Shown here piece by piece: positions 59,804 to 64,000 of a stretch of 64,000 bases of DNA. The position numbers and the translations under genes are program-made. Each line of letters opens with the position of its first letter. Positions within the stretch are counted from its first letter, which is position 1. Source of the stretch: the human T2T-CHM13v2.0 reference genome, Homo sapiens; NCBI RefSeq assembly GCF_009914755.1, contig NC_060945.1; one strand, 5' to 3'. The notes under the pieces are model-generated. The model ran no database searches, had not been told where the DNA came from, and saw nothing but the letters and a program-made list of their open reading frames with translations.

Positions 59804-60205
59804 CAGTCCCACCACTGAGTCATTTTCTTCCACTGATATTAAGAATCCTCGTGTTTACATTCTTACATACCTTTTCAGAAATCAACTAACTTCACACTCT
59901 TTTTTCAAAAAGCACAATTATGTTTCAGTTAATCAGCAAAGAACTAATAAAACAATCACAATTATGCCTGTGCTGTGAAATCACAGCAAGATAAATGGTT
60001 CCAATCAGTCAAAGGAATTCTACAAAGAACATCATATATAAGAAATGTGCTTCAAGTTATTTGGATCCAAATTTCATATGCCTCATTCTCCCTTTAATTC
60101 TGATTTTTTTTTTTTTTTTTTTTAGGAAATAAATTCCATCTTTTCAGGGATTTCATCTTTTTAGAAAGCGATATTCTTTCTTTAGGGGAAAAATGAAAAG
60201 AAGCA

Positions 60206-60571
60206 TGATATGGTTTGGCTGTGTCCCCACCCAAATCTCATCGTGAATTGTACTGCCATAATTCCCACGTGTCATGGGAGGGGCCCGGTGGGAGGTAATG
60301 GAAACATGGGCGGGTGGGGGTTTCCCTCACACTGTTCTCATGCTACTGAATAAGTCTCATGAGATCTGATGTTTTTATAAGGGGTTTCCCCATTCACTTG
60401 GCTCTCATTCTCTCTTGCCTGCTGCCATGTAAGACGTGCCTTTCACCTTCTGCCATGAGTGTGAGGCCTCCCCAGCCACGTGGAACTGTGAGTCCATTAA
60501 ACCTCTTTTTCTTTATAAATTACCCTGTCTCGGGTATGTCTTTATCAGCAGCAAGGTAATGAACTAATACA
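60206..60571 (+). mobile_element. THE1B/C solo LTR
   Basis: TGATATGGTTTGGCTGTGTCCCCACCC...CTAATACA; TSD AAGCA. Confidence 0.92.
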
Positions 60572-61654
60572 AAGCAATTGGTTAGAATATTCCCACATTG
60601 AGAGGCGCCATTCCATAGGTGCCACTTTGGATGGAGAAGGAAGTTGGTACAGGGCCAAGGTCCCTTCTCAGAGGCTGCAGTGAAGAGTGAGTGAGGAAGG
60701 GGGGAGTTTCAGGAGGGCCCTGGCTTGCTCTTGGTGTTGCCATCACTCTTGTTCCTGTGATCCAGAGATCTTCAAAAGACAGAATTATCACCTCTAAAGA
60801 GCACCATAAATGGTAGGAGGAGACTGATTATAAAATATACATAATCCTCATGAATTCTGCTGAAGTATTTTTCTAGTGGCAGTGAGAAATTATCCTAAAA
60901 ACGTGATGACATCACATCTCATTCTATTTCATGGCTACAATTTTGAAATGCCATAGCAGTGTATTTTTCTGGCATTAGGGATAAAAATTAATATTTTGAA
61001 AATATATTTGAAACTGCAAAGAACAGCAAAATATCCTGTGATTATATGCAAAATTAAAATTAGGGAGAAATGGTTAGGTGTGTTGAGCAGAGTAACAAAA
61101 AAGAAACCGTGCCATTGTATACCAGGTAACATTGTATATTTTCTCATTTCCTAAACGGTGTTCTAAGGAAAAATAAGAGATACAGCTCAAAATAAACTGT
61201 TTTGTGCCCAGATAAGCTCTGGAAAAGGTTAGCTGAAGTGAAACAGGTGTGTTGACAACAGAATATCTCAGCACTTTTAGTGTGCTTGTATGCGTTGTAT
61301 TCTTAGTAGATCTCTACTATGAGGTATTTTTCAAGTCTATTGACCATCAAAGCCCATATTCAAATGCAGAACTTTCAAACTCTCCCTGAGAAGTATTTAA
61401 TGGAACACAATTTGGGAAACATTGATTCATTTTAATTGTTGGGAAATTTAAATAAATTCACATATTTAGAAAGTTAACTTTGCAATACTCTTAAAGGATA
61501 CAACAATTTTGGTTTGAAGTGTACCAGGGACCTCTTCTCTTCTTTAAATTTAAGGTTATTAATTCCAGGAGCTACCACTCGTTTTCACCCTGGGTAATTT
61601 GCAAGTTCTTTCTGGGTAAAGTGTTTTGAATAAGTTGAATTGCTTCAGATTGTT

Positions 61655-61956
61655 ATTAATTAATTAATTAATTTTGGGACAGGGTCTCACTCTGTCACCC
61701 AGGCTGGAGTGCAGTGGCACAATCATGGCTCACTGCAGCCTCGAGCTCCTGGGCTCAAGCAGTCCTCCATCCTCAGGCCCCTGCATAGCTTGGACTGCAG
61801 GTATGTGACACCATGACCAGCTATTTTTTGTATTTTTAGAAAAGATGGGATTTTGCCATGTTGCCCAGGCTGGACTGGAACTCCTGGACTCAAGTCATCT
61901 ACCTGCCTTGGCCTCACAAAGTGCTGGTACTACAGGCATGAGCCACCGCGCCCAGC
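61655..61956 (-). mobile_element. AluJ
   Basis: TSD TGCTTCAGATT. Confidence 0.92.
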
Positions 61957-63644
61957 CTGCTTCAGATTTTTAAATCACGATTTTGCCGTTGTTGTTTCCC
62001 CAGATGGGTTTAGAAAGAGTGAAACTATGCACATCATATGAAATTTTCAATGCCAGAAGAAGCAATTCAACAAAATTGTTGCCATAAAATTTGTACTGGA
62101 GCAAGATAGAACACCTGTTTAGTTATCAATTAATACCTTTTCATTATGTTTTGCCTGGCTTTCTGTCTCCTTTGCCTGGCTTTCTGTGCAATGATACCTG
62201 GGCTAGGGTTATTTATGATTTGTAGCAAGGACGGCAATTAAGATTTATGCTTGTGGGGAAATGCTTGGCATCTCTGCTCTGTGAGAATAACACAAGGTAG
62301 TGATCTTTCTAATCCTGCAGTGTGGAAGGGATGAACTTCTGTGAGAAAAGGAAAGATGACTCAGGAAGGGGAGAGCATTGTTAGGACTGAATTGTTGGGG
62401 AAGATGGTAAAAAAGATGTTGGGAAATATCAACTGGAGGAGAGGTAAGTGGATAAAATAGAAACCCTTATTAGAATTAGGAGCTAATGGGAGGCCAGCAT
62501 TTGCTTTGACAGAGGACAGGCAGGCCTTGCCTGGGAAAGTCTAGCTCCAGGATGGGCAGATGGTGGTGAGACTATCACGGCTGCCTCAAGCTCTGGTTAG
62601 ATTCTTATTACTCAGTGCTCTTATATCAAGATGATTCTGGTGACAGTCCAACAAAGAGGTCACAGTTCACGTGGGATTAATTTAAAAGAGGCCACAATCC
62701 TGCCTCATAGGGAGACGGACTATTTCTTAGGTTCACAGGATACCTTTCTTGACAACCAAACACCTTTAAAACAAGCACGGGGCTTGGGACATAGTCCACA
62801 CGAACATCTCGAGGATTCTGGGCTGAGAAACAGCATATTTAAATCTCTCATCAAAAATGAAATTCAGAAAGCCCAGCGAGACAATATCCACTCTTTACTG
62901 TAGAAAGAAAAAAATGCCCACATTTCTGGGAGGAAATTGCAGACCATCTGCTGCCCTGACGGCCACTCGGTGTACATTTCTCCCCTCCATCTCGGACACT
63001 GCACCCAGCCGTTGTGGACCTGAACTTGTGTCCTACCTTTGGTTTGCCCCTTCAGCAAACTGAGCAAACTAGAGAAATAAGGCAAACCAAGGAACAGCCC
63101 TAGATGTCTGTAAAGAGCCCAGCACGGGCTGCCCATGACCCTGGGGCTGGCAAGGCCCCATCCCCTCCATCAGAGTAGAAGCGGCTTCCAGCTTCCGGTG
63201 GGAACATATGTGCTTATACGACTTTATGTGTGGGGCTGTGTGATTCTGCCAAAGTGCTTGAATTTGGCACTTCTCCTGTGTCTGATTCCATCCCCTCCCC
63301 TCCCCCAATAAAAATGCACTTCCATAGGCTCTGCCTCTAATCTGCATAATAAGATTCAGTTTTACATGAACCATGTCCACGACCTCAGGGCCAGGCATCA
63401 GGGTGGCCGTCACCTAATCATGTTTCCCTAAGTGTGTTTCATGGGAGGTGAATATCCAAGGTCTTAAAAAGATGAGACCTATGCAAGGTCCAGTCAGCTT
63501 TGAAATGCACTGGCTTAGAGTTAACAGCAGTTTTGCTGCAGGACTTCTCAGGGCTTTTGATATGTTCATTGCAAACCCTCTAAAGAGTGAGAGTGCTTGC
63601 AGAATTTCTCCAAGTACATTTCACCCTAGAACCTTCTCTTCAGA

Positions 63645-64000
<356 letters not shown>

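Noticed and set aside
59971-59988. TGCTGTGA-AA-TCACAGCA mini-palindrome
   Set aside because: 8-bp arms are expected by chance in 64 kb
59459-60571. Two same-orientation THE1 LTRs resembling a deleted provirus
   Set aside because: Each has its own distinct TSD (CAGTC, AAGCA), so they are independent solo LTRs

Overview
This is catarrhine primate genomic DNA (most likely human or great ape) from an intergenic or deep-intronic region. I could not assign the locus. I found no credible protein-coding exon, tRNA or rRNA gene, and no prokaryotic feature; the long ORFs in the track are mostly Alu, LTR or low-complexity read-through. Roughly half the window is interspersed repeat: about 25 Alus, two long old L1M elements (22.7-29.4 kb on +, 50.2-58.1 kb on -), many MaLR and ERV LTRs, and Tigger, MER and MADE1 DNA-transposon relics. 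Highlights: (1) a 3.8-kb cluster of three different ERV LTRs (LTR7/HERV-H, LTR6/HERV-T, LTR12/ERV9). The HERV-T is a two-ended mini-provirus with a tRNA-Thr primer-binding site (PBS) and a 4-bp target-site duplication (TSD), and its 3' LTR remnant is split by an L1 fragment carrying an apparent 3' transduction. (2) A perfect 34-bp non-repeat hairpin with template-switch geometry next to an AT-rich VNTR. (3) A twin-primed inverted L1PA. (4) A repeat-free, motif-dense enhancer-like block at 0.8-1.3 kb. I see no clear evidence of a wholly new biological system. Repeat family names come from recalled consensus sequences, so subfamily calls need RepeatMasker/Dfam confirmation.
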